DNA of 64,000 bases from Alphaproteobacteria bacterium (GCA_965225945.1 CBDDBZ010000035.1:288001-352000); one strand, 5' to 3'; positions 1 to 10,432 are shown, numbered from the stretch's first letter. A program made the numbers and translations. Notes: generated from the letters alone by a model not told the origin.

Positions 1-1238
1 ACAAGGGCTTCACCGACGAGGCGGGGAGCCCGAGGCTCGGCATGAGCGGGCTCTACGAATACATGCCCGCCTTCCGCCCGGACGCGGAAGGGGTCGCCGC
101 CTGCGCCGAGCTGGCCTATGCCGAGCTGCTGCTCTCGGGCGTCACCACGCTGGTCGACCTCTCAGCTCCCTGGCCGGGCTGGGCCGACCTGATGGCCCGA
201 AGCGGGCTTCGCGGCGTGCTGGCGCCGATGTACCGCTCCGCCCGCTGGTACACGGCCAACGGCCACGAAGTGCGCTACGAATGGGACGAAGCGGCGGGGC
301 GCGAGGGCCTGGAGGCCGCACTTTCGGTGATCGAGGCGGCCCGCCAGCACCCCTCGGGCCGGCTTTCCGGCATGCTGTGCCCAAGCCAGATCGACACCTG
401 CACGGAAGAATTGCTCCGCGACAGCGTCGCCGCGGCCGAGGAGCGGGGATTGGCGATCCAGATCCATGCGGCGCAGTCGGTCGTGGAGTTCCAGGAGATG
501 ACCCGGCGCCACGGGATCACGCCGATCCAGTGGCTGGACGAAATCGGCTTCCTCGGCCCCGGGGCCATCGTCGGCCACGCGATCTTCCTCGACCACCATT
601 CCTGGGTCCGCTGGCATGGGCGGCGCGATCTCGACCTGCTGGCGAATAGCGGGACCTCGGTGGCGCATTGCCCGACCGTGTTCCTGCGCCGCGGCATCCT
701 GCTGGAGAGCCTGGGCGCATACCTCCGCGCCGGGGTCAATTGCGGCCTCGGCACCGACACCTTCCCGCACAACTTCCTGGAGGAGATGCGCCATGCCGCG
801 ACGATGTCGCGCGTCGCCTCGGGCGACGTGACCGACCTCGGCGCCGGCGACGTGCTGGATACCGCCACCCTCGGCGGCGCCAGGGCGCTGAAGCGCGACG
901 ACATTGGCCGGCTCGCACCTGGGGCCAAGGCCGATATCGTGCTGGTCGACGTCGCCCATCCGGCGATGCGCCCGGCCCGCGATCCCCTGAAGAGCCTGAT
1001 CTACGCCGCTTGCGATCGCGCCGTCAGCGAGGTCTATATCGGCGGGACGCGCGTGGTGGCCGACGGCGAGGTGCTGACCCTGGACCGGGCCGATGCGGCG
1101 CGCCGCGTACACGAGGCGCAGGCCCGCGCCGAAACCCGCGTCCCCGGGCTCGACTACGCCGGGCGCACGGCCGAGGAACTGGTGCCGCCGAGCCTGCCGC
1201 CGGCGCGACTGTCTCGAGGGGAGGAAAGCAAGCCATGA
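1..1238 (+). CDS. Amidohydrolase-family metallohydrolase (Atz/Trz-like), 5' end outside the window
   Basis: Frame is open from the window edge; motifs SGVTT, IHAAQS, GHAIF, GLGTD, GRLAPGAKADIV. Confidence 0.85.
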   Translation, partial: KGFTDEAGSPRLGMSGLYEYMPAFRPDAEGVAACAELAYAELLLSGVTTLVDLSAPWPGWADLMARSGLRGVLAPMYRSARWYTANGHEVRYEWDEAAGREGLEAALSVIEAARQHPSGRLSGMLCPSQIDTCTEELLRDSVAAAEERGLAIQIHAAQSVVEFQEMTRRHGITPIQWLDEIGFLGPGAIVGHAIFLDHHSWVRWHGRRDLDLLANSGTSVAHCPTVFLRRGILLESLGAYLRAGVNCGLGTDTFPHNFLEEMRHAATMSRVASGDVTDLGAGDVLDTATLGGARALKRDDIGRLAPGAKADIVLVDVAHPAMRPARDPLKSLIYAACDRAVSEVYIGGTRVVADGEVLTLDRADAARRVHEAQARAETRVPGLDYAGRTAEELVPPSLPPARLSRGEESKP

Positions 1239-2281
1239 GCGAAACAATCGTCGATCTCTATAGCGACACCGTCTCCCGGCCGACGCCGGCGATGCGCAGG
1301 GCAATCGCCGAGGCCGAGGTCGGCAACGAGCAGGCCTTCGACGATCCGACCGTCAACAAGCTCTGCGCCATGACGGCGGCGCTGCTCGGCACCGAGGACG
1401 CGGTGTTCCTGCCGTCCGGCACCATGTGCAACCAGATCGCCTTCCGGGTTTATTGCAAAGCCGGCGACGAGATCATCCTCGATAAGACGGCGCACCCCTT
1501 GAATTCGGAATCGGGGGGGCCCGCGGCGCTCTCGTCTTGCGCGACCCGGCCCTTGGATGGCGTACGCGGCATCTACACCGCCGAACAAGTCCGCGAGGCG
1601 ATTGCCGATCCCGGCCGCCGCCACGCGCCGCGCAGCCGGGTGCTCTCGGTGGAGAACACGTCCAATTCCGGCGGCGGCAAGATCTGGCCCGTCGAACGGG
1701 TGCGCGAGGTGACGGCGGTGGCCCATGAGCATGGTTTGAAGACTCACATGGACGGTGCCCGGCTGCTGAACGCGGTGGTCGAGACGGGCACGCCGGCGGC
1801 CGAGTATGGCGCCTGCTTCGATTCGCTCTGGATCGATCTCTCGAAGGGGCTCGGCTGTCCGGTCGGCGGCGTGCTCGCCGGCTCCAAGGGCTTCATCGAA
1901 GAGGCCTGGTTCTACAAGCAGCAGCTCGGCGGCGCCATGCGCCAGGCCGGCATCATCGCCGCCGCCGGCGTCCATGCGCTGGACCACCATGTCGAGCGCC
2001 TGGCCGAGGATCACGTCAACGCGCGCCGCCTGGCGACGCGCATTCGCGAGATCGAGGGCGTGGCGCTGGTCTATGACGAGATCGAGACCAACATGGTCTA
2101 TTTCGACGTCGCCGGCCTCAACCTGACGGCGGCCCAGACCCGCGACCGGCTGCGCGAGCACGGCGTTCACATCGGCGCCACCGGCCGGACGGTGATGCGC
2201 GCGGTGACCCACATCGACGTCGACGCCGCCGGCATCGAGACGGCGGGCGACGCGCTGGCGGCGGTGGCGGGGGAAGCCTAA
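1235..2281 (+). CDS. ltaE: Low-specificity L-threonine aldolase (PLP)
   Basis: DLYSDTVSRPT, PSGTMCN, HMDGARL, LSKGLGCPVG; ATGA overlap with the upstream stop. Confidence 0.85.
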   Translation: MSETIVDLYSDTVSRPTPAMRRAIAEAEVGNEQAFDDPTVNKLCAMTAALLGTEDAVFLPSGTMCNQIAFRVYCKAGDEIILDKTAHPLNSESGGPAALSSCATRPLDGVRGIYTAEQVREAIADPGRRHAPRSRVLSVENTSNSGGGKIWPVERVREVTAVAHEHGLKTHMDGARLLNAVVETGTPAAEYGACFDSLWIDLSKGLGCPVGGVLAGSKGFIEEAWFYKQQLGGAMRQAGIIAAAGVHALDHHVERLAEDHVNARRLATRIREIEGVALVYDEIETNMVYFDVAGLNLTAAQTRDRLREHGVHIGATGRTVMRAVTHIDVDAAGIETAGDALAAVAGEA

Positions 2282-2297
2282 GGGGTGCCGGACGGGT

Positions 2298-3443
2298 CTA
2301 CTCCAAGGTCTCGAACAGGCGGATCATCAGGGCGGCCCGCTCCTCCAGCGAGCTGAAGGTGATGTATTCCCAGTCGGCGTGCGCGCCGGCCCCGTCGGCG
2401 CCGAGGCCGTCGAGCGTCGGCACGCCGAGGGCGGCGGTGAAATTGCCGTCGCTGCCGCCACCGGTATAGGTGTCCTCCAGTTCGAAGCCGATCTCGGCGG
2501 CGAGGCCCTTGGCGTGCTCGAACAGCGCCTCGATCCCGGCATTCTTGACGAAGGGCGGCCGGTTCATGCCGCCGCTGATCTCCAGCGTCACGTCCGGATC
2601 GACGGCCTCCAGCGCCAACATCCGCCGGCACATCTCCTCGCCGCTCAGGGCGTCAGGCACCCGCATGTCGATCTCGGCCCGGCAATGGTGCGGCACCACG
2701 TTGACCATGGTCCCGCCCTGAACGAAGCCGACGTTGGTGGTGACGCCGGTCGCGAAATCGGTCATCGCCTCGATCGCCAGGATCTGCTGCGCCATCTCGC
2801 GCACCGCGCTGCGCCCGTCCTGGGGGCGGGAGCCGGAATGGGCCGACTGGCCGGTGATCGTCAGGTCGAAGCGCGCCACCCCCTTGCGCCCGGTGACGAT
2901 CTTGCCGCCGTCGCGCGCCGGCTCGGCCACCAGAACATACTTGTTGCGCAGCGCCTCGGCCTCGATCACCGCCCGGCTGGTGGGGCTGCCGATCTCCTCC
3001 TCCGGTATGAAGAGGAAGGTGATCGGCAGCGCCGAGGGGCGGCCCTCGCGCACCAGATGACGATAGGCGTAGTAGCCCAGATAGCCGCCCGCCTTCATGT
3101 CGTAGATGCCGGGGCCGTGCACCTTGTCGCCGTCGCGGCGCACCGGGTTGATATCGGCCAGCGAGCCGATTCGGTGCACCGTGTCGAGATGGGCGAGGAA
3201 GAGGATCCCCGGCCGCTGGCCGCCCCAGGGGCTGCGGCCCTTGAGGATATCGCCGTAGCCGTCCCGCCCCGGGGTCCGCTCGACCTCGGCGCCGAGCAGG
3301 CGCAACTCCGCCTCGACGTGGTCGACCATCGCGTTGACCGCCGCCGCGTCGTCGGTCGGGCTCTCGATCCGGACCCAACGGAGGAGCCCCTCGAGAATTT
3401 CCTCGCCGTTCACCACCGGGCGATTGCCGCTCTCGGCCATCAT
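2298..3443 (-). CDS. M20 family metallopeptidase (carboxypeptidase G2-like)
   Basis: HLDTV, GPGIYDMKAG, EEIGS, GGSDGNF; start moved to MMAESG. Confidence 0.85.
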   Translation of the reverse strand: MMAESGNRPVVNGEEILEGLLRWVRIESPTDDAAAVNAMVDHVEAELRLLGAEVERTPGRDGYGDILKGRSPWGGQRPGILFLAHLDTVHRIGSLADINPVRRDGDKVHGPGIYDMKAGGYLGYYAYRHLVREGRPSALPITFLFIPEEEIGSPTSRAVIEAEALRNKYVLVAEPARDGGKIVTGRKGVARFDLTITGQSAHSGSRPQDGRSAVREMAQQILAIEAMTDFATGVTTNVGFVQGGTMVNVVPHHCRAEIDMRVPDALSGEEMCRRMLALEAVDPDVTLEISGGMNRPPFVKNAGIEALFEHAKGLAAEIGFELEDTYTGGGSDGNFTAALGVPTLDGLGADGAGAHADWEYITFSSLEERAALMIRLFETLE

Positions 3444-3618
3444 CGCTTCTCCTTCGATGGGCCCATGATCCGCGTGCCTGGAATTGCGCGGCCCCGGTTC
3501 CCTCTCGGGCCCACGACGGGCGGTTCCGGAGCTTCGGAGACCACGAGAAAAAAACTTCGCCAACTGAGGTGATGACAATGAGGAGCGCCCGGACGCTTCG
3601 CAATCGCCATCCGAACCC

Positions 3619-5283
3619 TCAATCGTCGTCCGCCGCTTCCGCCGTCGTCGTGCCGTCATAGCCCCGGCGCCGATCCAACTCGATGCGGGCCGGGTCGCGC
3701 TCGCCCGGCGGCCCATAACCACCGCCACCCGGCGTCTTCACGTCCACCCAATCACCTGGCCGCAGCACATAGCCCTCGCCCTTGGAAAGGTGTTCCGGCA
3801 CCGTGCGGCGATTGCCTTGGCCGATCTCGATCTCGTTCACGGCGCCGGCCTCGCCGCCCAGCATGCCCGGCGGGCCGAAGCGACCGTGGTCCATCAAAAA
3901 CGACGCCTTGCCCTCGCCGCGCAACAGGCGGATCCGATAATCGACGCCGAAGCCGCCGCGATGGCGCCCCTGGCCGCCCGAGCCCTCGCGCAGCGCATAG
4001 CGCTCGAACAACAAGGGATAGTGCTGCTCCAGGATCTCGATCGGCTGGGTCTTGGAGATGCCGACCGAGGAGCAGCCGTTGGTCAGCCCGTCGGTCTCCC
4101 ACCAGCCGCCGTAGCCGCCGCCGGAGAAGAAATACATGATGTAGTCGCGATTCCCCTCGGGGTCGTGGCCGCCGAGTGCCAGGTTGCCGCTGGTGCCGGC
4201 GGGTGCTGCGAACATCCGCTCCGGGATCGCCTGGCCCATGGCACCGAACACCGCCTCCATGATCCGTTGCGCCACCTCCGCCGCGCAGCCGGCTACCGGG
4301 CGGGGATATTGGGCGTAGAGGAAGGTTGTGTCGGGCACCGGGATATGCAGCGGCTCGAAACAGCCGGCGTTGATCGGCACCTCGGGGAAGATGTGCTTGA
4401 TGGCGACGTAGACCGAGGACTGCGTCGTCGCCCAGACCGAGTTCATCGGCCCCCGGCAGGGCGGGCTGGAGCGGGAGAAGTCGAAGGTGATCTCGCCGCC
4501 CTCGATCCTCATGTCGAGGGCGATGTCGAGCGGCTCGTTCACCACGCCGTCGCTGTCGATATGGGCGGTGAAGGAATAGGTGCCGTCCGGCACCTCCGCG
4601 ATCCGCGCCCGCATCATTATGGCGGAGCGGGTCTTCAATTCCACGATTCCGGCGTCCACCGTCTCGGCGCCATGGCGGTCCAGAAGCGCGGTCAGCCGCT
4701 TCTCGCCGGTCTTGAGGGCGCCGATCTGGGCCCGGATGTCGCCGATCCGCTCCTCCGGCACGCGGATGTTGTTGAGGATGATGTCGACAATGTCCTGCAC
4801 GATTTCGCCGCGCCGCATCAGCTTCACCGGCGGCAGCCGGAGGCCTTCCTGCTGGATCTCCGTCGCCGTGGAGTTGAAGCCGCCGGGCACCATGCCGCCG
4901 GTATCCGGCCAGTGCCCAGTGTTCGAGAGCCAGCACCAGAGCCGGCCCCGGTAATAAAACGGCATCACCATCTTGACGTCCATCAGGTGGGTGCCGCCGA
5001 GATAGGGATCGTTCTGGATGATGATGTCGCCCGGCTCCAGGTCCCTCCGCCGCTCGATCACCGCTTGCGTCGCGAACTGCATGACGCCGAGGAAGATCGG
5101 CAGGCCCAGCTCGCCCTGGCTGATCATCTCGCCGGTGTCGCGGTGATAGATGCCGTTGGAGCGGTCGTAGGCCTCCGAGATCACCGGCGAAAACGACGTC
5201 TTCTCGTGCACCAGGTCCATCTCGCTGCAGACCTGGCGCAGGCCGTTCTCAATGACGGCGAGCGTGACCGGATCGAGTTCCAT
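3619..5283 (-). CDS. Hydantoinase B/oxoprolinase family protein
   Basis: NDPYLGGTHLMD, EGLRLPP, GRHRGGFG, TPGGGGYG. Confidence 0.9.
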   Translation of the reverse strand: MELDPVTLAVIENGLRQVCSEMDLVHEKTSFSPVISEAYDRSNGIYHRDTGEMISQGELGLPIFLGVMQFATQAVIERRRDLEPGDIIIQNDPYLGGTHLMDVKMVMPFYYRGRLWCWLSNTGHWPDTGGMVPGGFNSTATEIQQEGLRLPPVKLMRRGEIVQDIVDIILNNIRVPEERIGDIRAQIGALKTGEKRLTALLDRHGAETVDAGIVELKTRSAIMMRARIAEVPDGTYSFTAHIDSDGVVNEPLDIALDMRIEGGEITFDFSRSSPPCRGPMNSVWATTQSSVYVAIKHIFPEVPINAGCFEPLHIPVPDTTFLYAQYPRPVAGCAAEVAQRIMEAVFGAMGQAIPERMFAAPAGTSGNLALGGHDPEGNRDYIMYFFSGGGYGGWWETDGLTNGCSSVGISKTQPIEILEQHYPLLFERYALREGSGGQGRHRGGFGVDYRIRLLRGEGKASFLMDHGRFGPPGMLGGEAGAVNEIEIGQGNRRTVPEHLSKGEGYVLRPGDWVDVKTPGGGGYGPPGERDPARIELDRRRGYDGTTTAEAADDD

Positions 5284-5451
5284 GTTCTCTTACCTATCGG
5301 CTTGGGAGCGACAAGGCGCTTCGCATCGAACGTAGACGGCCCGGGAGTTTCGTCGATCGCCGGAGGGCGCCGGGCCGGGCGGGGCGTGGCGATCTAGCCG
5401 GTGTCGAGGGCGGGCACTTTCCTCGGAGTACCGGGCGAGCGGTCCCACATT

Positions 5452-5561
5452 CGTCATCGCGAGGTGCTGCGCGCCGTGGCGATCCAGGGGGGGTGCCTCC
5501 GTCGTCGATGCCGAGAGCGCGGCGCGACCGCCTGGATCGCCACGCTTCGCTCGCGATGACG
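5452..5561. repeat. Intergenic palindromic element (REP/RPE-like)
   Basis: Arm GTCATCGCGAG...CGTGGCGATCCAGG pairs with CCTGGATCGCCACG...CTCGCGATGAC; related single arm at 21006-21042. Confidence 0.7.
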
Positions 5562-5635
5562 GGGCTTTTTTCGGCATTGCACTTACCTTGCGACGGCTTT
5601 GACGTATCTGCGTTTCCATATGGCGCCACCGTGCC

Positions 5636-7687
5636 TCAGCCGCCGTCGACGGCGATGATCATGTTGCCGAATTCGTCGATAGCAGCGCTGGCGCCGGGGT
5701 CGACGAGGATGGTGGTGTCCGCCTGGACGACGATGGCGGGACCCTCGATTTCGTCGCCGGCCGCCAAACCGTCGCGCGCCAGGATCGGGGTCTCGACGAA
5801 GCCGTCCTCGAAATAGACCGGCCGAGTCGTGCCTGTGCCCGAGCCGCCGCCCGATTGGCCGCCCGCGCCGCCGCCGAGGCGGGCCAGGTCCAGCGCCGGG
5901 CGGCGGCCGAACACCGTGGTCCGGAGGTTGGCCAGGACCGGCACCATGTCCTCCAGCACGATCTCGAAGCGCTCCCGGTAGCGTTCCGCCAGACGCGCGG
6001 CGATTCGCTCGGGCGAAACGCCGGGGCCATCGATCACCATGCGAAAAACGTGGCTCTGGCCGCGGTAGAGCAGGTCCGCCTCGAACACCACCTCCACCGC
6101 TTCCGTCGCCACGCCCTCGGCGGCGATGGTCGCCCGCCCGCGCTCCGCCTGCTCGGCGAGGATGGCTTCGGCCTCGCCCGTGTCGACCTCGGCCAGCGGA
6201 CGCCAGAGGGTGGCGACATAGTCGTGGCGCAGGTCCGCCAGCACGCACCCCAAGGCCGAGGTGATGCCGGGAAAGCGCGGCACCAGCACCCTCGGGATGG
6301 CGAGCTCGCGGGCCAGCGCCACGGCATGCAGCGGCCCCGCGCCGCCGAAGGCGAAGAGGGCGAAGTCGCGCGGATCGTAGCCCTTCTCGATCGAGACCAG
6401 GCGGATCGCGGAGGCGAGCCGGTTGCCGGCGACGGCGAGGATGGCGGCGGCCGCGGCCACGGCGTCGAGGCCGAGGGGCGAGCCGACCTGGGCCAGCAGT
6501 GCCGCCTCGACCGCCCCCCCCGCCGCGCCGCCCTCGAGGCCGGCGAAGCCGGTCGGATCGACCCGCCCGAGAGCCAAGTTGGCGTCGGTCACCGTCACCC
6601 TATTCCCGCCCTTGGCGTAGCAGATCGGGCCCGGCTGGGCGCCCGCGCTCTCGGGCCCGACGCGGAGGATGCCGCCCTCGTCGACATGGGCGATCGAGCC
6701 GCCGCCGGCGCCGATGGTGTGGATGTCGACCATCGGCACCCTGACCGGCACGCCGTAGGCCAGGTCCTTCTCGGCCGAGATGGCGGGCTCGCCGCCCCGG
6801 ATCAGGCTGACGTCGAAGCTGGTGCCGCCCATGTCGCAGGCGATGAGGTCGGGGAAGCCGGATTGCGCGCCGATCCGGGCCGCCGCGATGGCGCCCGCGG
6901 CCGGGCCCGACATCACCGTCTGCACCGGCTGGCGGGCCGCCGCCGGCGCCGTCATGGTGCCGCCGTTGCCCTGCATCACCAGCAGCTCCCGGCCGTAGCC
7001 GGCAGCGTCCAGCCGTTCCGCGATACGGCCCAGATAGCGCGCCAGCACCGGCTGCACATAGGCGTTGACGGCGGCGGTGCTGCCGCGCTCGAACTCGCGA
7101 ACCTCGCTCAGAATCTCGCCGCTGGCGGTGACATAGTCGTTGGGCCAGACCTCGCGGGCGATGGCGTACGCGCGGCGCTCGTGCGCCGGGTTGGCGTAGG
7201 CGTGGAGGAAATGGATCACCACGGCCTCGGCGCCGAGCCGGATCAAGGTGCGAAGCGCGTCGCGCACCTCGTCCTCGTCGAGCGGCGTCACGATCCGGCC
7301 CTTGGCGTCCATCCGTTCCGCCACCTCGAGGCGGAGCTCGCGGTCGACCAAAGCCTCGAAGTGGCCGAACATGCCGTAATTGTTGGGCCGGGTGCGGCGG
7401 CCGAGTTCCAGGATGTCGCGGAAGCCCCGGGTGGTGATCAGGCCGACGCGGGCCCCCTTGCGCTCCAGCACCGAATTGGTGGCGATGGTGGTGCCGTGGA
7501 CGATCGCCGAAAGCTCGGGAAGTGCTGCCTGGGCGGCCTCCAGCGCGGCCATCACGCCCAACGATTGGTCCTCCGGCGTCGTCGCCACCTTGGCGACGCG
7601 GAAGCGGTCCGTCGTCGTATCGAGCACCACGAGATCGGTGTTGGTGCCGCCGACGTCGATTCCCGCCTGCCAATCGGTATCGCTCAC
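5636..7687 (-). CDS. Hydantoinase A/oxoprolinase family protein
   Basis: GIDVGGTNTD, HGTTIATN, SGPAAG, DMGGTSFD, GAGGGSIA; GTG start assumed. Confidence 0.9.
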   Translation of the reverse strand: MSDTDWQAGIDVGGTNTDLVVLDTTTDRFRVAKVATTPEDQSLGVMAALEAAQAALPELSAIVHGTTIATNSVLERKGARVGLITTRGFRDILELGRRTRPNNYGMFGHFEALVDRELRLEVAERMDAKGRIVTPLDEDEVRDALRTLIRLGAEAVVIHFLHAYANPAHERRAYAIAREVWPNDYVTASGEILSEVREFERGSTAAVNAYVQPVLARYLGRIAERLDAAGYGRELLVMQGNGGTMTAPAAARQPVQTVMSGPAAGAIAAARIGAQSGFPDLIACDMGGTSFDVSLIRGGEPAISAEKDLAYGVPVRVPMVDIHTIGAGGGSIAHVDEGGILRVGPESAGAQPGPICYAKGGNRVTVTDANLALGRVDPTGFAGLEGGAAGGAVEAALLAQVGSPLGLDAVAAAAAILAVAGNRLASAIRLVSIEKGYDPRDFALFAFGGAGPLHAVALARELAIPRVLVPRFPGITSALGCVLADLRHDYVATLWRPLAEVDTGEAEAILAEQAERGRATIAAEGVATEAVEVVFEADLLYRGQSHVFRMVIDGPGVSPERIAARLAERYRERFEIVLEDMVPVLANLRTTVFGRRPALDLARLGGGAGGQSGGGSGTGTTRPVYFEDGFVETPILARDGLAAGDEIEGPAIVVQADTTILVDPGASAAIDEFGNMIIAVDGG

Positions 7688-8115
7688 GCGTCTCTCCCGC
7701 TTCGTGGTGGGCGCATTCTGGCACCCGCGCGGCCCGCGCACCACCCGGCGGGCGCCGATGCCGAGGTGATCTTGGCCGACGTGAGTCGGGGCTCGGCGGT
7801 TTCCGCCGGCGGGCGGGTGGTAGCACCTCTCATGTCGGGAGCCGGGGGTGGAGTGGCCGTCGCCGGGCCCTGCCGGCCACGAGCGGGTGTCGCCAAATTT
7901 GACCGTTCAGGTTTCCCCAATATGTCGGCGGATCAGAGCAACTGAGCGACGATTCCAGCACCTCGAAGGCTTCGCTAGACTTCGACCCTGTCGGTGGGCA
8001 CGCGGAAATGTCCGGCGGCGATCGTCCCGGCGGACGTTGTCGATTGGCCAATGGCGACGATCTGGCAATCAGCACCACCCTGCGTTAATCTCATAGCGGT
8101 CAGGCGAGGGATGAC

Positions 8116-9906
8116 ATGGAGTTGCTCGCGCGCTTGGGACTCGAGCCCAACATATTCGACGGCCGCGTGGCCGTCGTCACGGGAGCGGCGCGCGGCATTG
8201 GTGAACAAGTGGCGCGTGGCCTGGCCAACCTCGGCGCCGACGTCGTCGTTCTCGATATTCTGCAGGAAGGCGAAGGGGTTGCCGCACAGATTCGGGGCAA
8301 TTCCCGCAACGCGACCTTCAAGCAGGTCGATCTCCGCGACATAGACGCTTTGGAACGCTTTCAAGACGAAGTCCTGTCCGAGCACGGCGCGGTCGACATC
8401 CTGGTAAACAACGCCTCCAAATTGCACTATGAGTATTTCCTAAACGCGCCCATCGATCTATGGGACGATCTGCACAATACCACGGTTCGTGCATCGACCT
8501 TTCTGATCCAGAAGTTTCTGCCGAAAATGCTCGAAAACCGCTTCGGCGTAATTTGCAACACCATCGCCGTCGATGTGTTGTCGCACGGCGCCCATTTCGC
8601 GGCCGCCATGGCGGGGCAAAAATCGATGGCCCTTTCGTTAGCCGGCGAAATTGGTAGCGAGAGCGGTGTCAGCGTATTCGGCTTCGCGCCAGGCGTTGTC
8701 GACACACCTCTGGTCCGCGACCTCGCGCCATTAGTGCCAAAATTCAGAGGCGTGACGCAGGAGGAATATATCAAGCATTTCGTGCAGAACCCGGGCTATG
8801 AAGGCTTGATGCCGGCGGAACACTGCGGTGCCAGTTACGTCTATTGCCTCGCGCATGCCAAAGCCTATCAAGGCCAGATCGCCGATGCTTTTCACCCCCT
8901 GATCAACCACGGAATCATTACGCCTGGGAATGACGAGGAGGAACTGCTCCGGGTCTCCGATAACGTCGATCCCTCGATCTGGCAAATTCACGACTACGTT
9001 CATGGCTTCTCGAACTTGAACCGAAATCTGGAGACGCGGATCGTCGAACGGACCAAGGAGCTGGAGGCGGCCAATCAAAAACTGGCTCAACAAAAACAGC
9101 ATATAGAGGATGTATCCACCAAGATATCCCGCTATTTGCCACGGCAGATCTATGAATCCATTTTTGCCGGAGAGATCGACACCGACATTGCGTCTCGGCG
9201 CCGAAACCTGACCATTTTCTTCTCCGACATCTGCGACTTTTCCCGCAAGACCGAACGGTTGGAGCCGGAGGCGTTGTCGGAGATTCTCAATAACTATTTC
9301 TCGGAGATGACCGAGATCGCTCGCGCCTACGGCGCGACCATCGACAAGTTCATTGGCGATGCGATTCTCATTTTTTTCGGCGACCCGAACACCGAGGGTC
9401 CAGTGAAAGATGGCGAAGCTTGCGTGGCCATGGCTATCGACATGCAACGCCGCATGGGCGCGTTACGGGACAGCTACGACCATCTTGGCTTGAACGAACC
9501 GCTGGAAATGCGCATTGGCATCAACAGCGGTTATTGCACGGTCGGAAACTTCGGTAGTTTCGAGCGCATCGACTACACAATCGTCGGCACCCCCGTGAAC
9601 ATCGCCTCGAGGCTGCAGGACGCCGGCGAGCCGGGTACGATCACAGTCTCTCGAAACACTCATGCGCTCGTCGCCGATCGGTTCGAGTTCGCTTCTCTGG
9701 GGCGTTTGCAGCTCAAGGGCATCGTGGACGAGGTCGATGCTTATCGAGTTCTGTTCGAGGCCGTGGAGGGCGCCGACGCGGCGACGACACCGGAGGGGCA
9801 GATGAGGGCATTGAAGGAGCGCCTCCGACGGCTCGACATCGACAAGCTTGGAGACGCGGAAAAGGATGAGTTGTTGAAATCCATGTCCAAGCTGCTCGGT
9901 CGTTGA
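8116..9906 (+). CDS. Fusion of SDR-fold domain, coiled coil and class III adenylate cyclase
   Basis: N-term TGAARGIG, DILVNNA, APGVVDTP; linker LETRIVERTKELE; cyclase FSDICDFS, DKFIGDA, MRIGINSG, DYTIVGTPVNIASRLQ. Confidence 0.85.
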   Translation: MELLARLGLEPNIFDGRVAVVTGAARGIGEQVARGLANLGADVVVLDILQEGEGVAAQIRGNSRNATFKQVDLRDIDALERFQDEVLSEHGAVDILVNNASKLHYEYFLNAPIDLWDDLHNTTVRASTFLIQKFLPKMLENRFGVICNTIAVDVLSHGAHFAAAMAGQKSMALSLAGEIGSESGVSVFGFAPGVVDTPLVRDLAPLVPKFRGVTQEEYIKHFVQNPGYEGLMPAEHCGASYVYCLAHAKAYQGQIADAFHPLINHGIITPGNDEEELLRVSDNVDPSIWQIHDYVHGFSNLNRNLETRIVERTKELEAANQKLAQQKQHIEDVSTKISRYLPRQIYESIFAGEIDTDIASRRRNLTIFFSDICDFSRKTERLEPEALSEILNNYFSEMTEIARAYGATIDKFIGDAILIFFGDPNTEGPVKDGEACVAMAIDMQRRMGALRDSYDHLGLNEPLEMRIGINSGYCTVGNFGSFERIDYTIVGTPVNIASRLQDAGEPGTITVSRNTHALVADRFEFASLGRLQLKGIVDEVDAYRVLFEAVEGADAATTPEGQMRALKERLRRLDIDKLGDAEKDELLKSMSKLLGR

Positions 9907-10312
9907 ACCCGCCGGGCCAAAGCTTGCCCGGAATACTCCCGCGCCAAGTGTCGCCTCGGTCGGGGATCGCCTGTCGGCCCCCTCTCGGGAAACGCCCGGA
10001 CCCGGAGGCGTTCTCGACCTCGATCGGGTGATTCCAGGTCTCGAACCGGCGGACGTTGGGCGTCGGTGGTGAACGCCCCGTCCCGCCGGGGCAGCCCTGG
10101 TCGATGCCGGTGTGGATGGTGGGGGGCGAGGGGTGCGCGAGGCGATAGGGTTGTGGGCTTCGAGCCGGCGCGCGCGCTCGTTTTGGCGAGCGACCGCGTT
10201 CATAATATGAACATCGAGGAGTTGCGCCATCGGCTTCGAGGCTGGAGAAGCCGGTGGCGGCGGGGGAATCGATGAAGCGCGGCGCCCTATCGTCGATTCG
10301 CGCGCCGCGTGA

Positions 10313-10432
10313 GAGGGTTTGGGGGCGGTGGACGCCTCGATCATGCCGGCGATTGTCGCCGGCAACACCAACGCGCCGGCGATCATGATCGGCGAGAAGG
10401 CGGCGGCGATGATCCTGGAGGACGCGGGGTAG
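10313..10432 (+). pseudogene. 3' fragment of a GMC (choline dehydrogenase-like) oxidoreductase
   Basis: Translates [39 protein letters not shown], the GMC C-terminal motif; rest of the gene absent. Confidence 0.8.

Noticed and set aside
162-7945. Long antisense or alternate-frame ORFs (e.g. 5855-7945, 3790-5397, and similar ones throughout)
   Set aside because: Shadows of real genes in high-GC DNA; Arg/Pro/Gly-rich with no recognisable motifs
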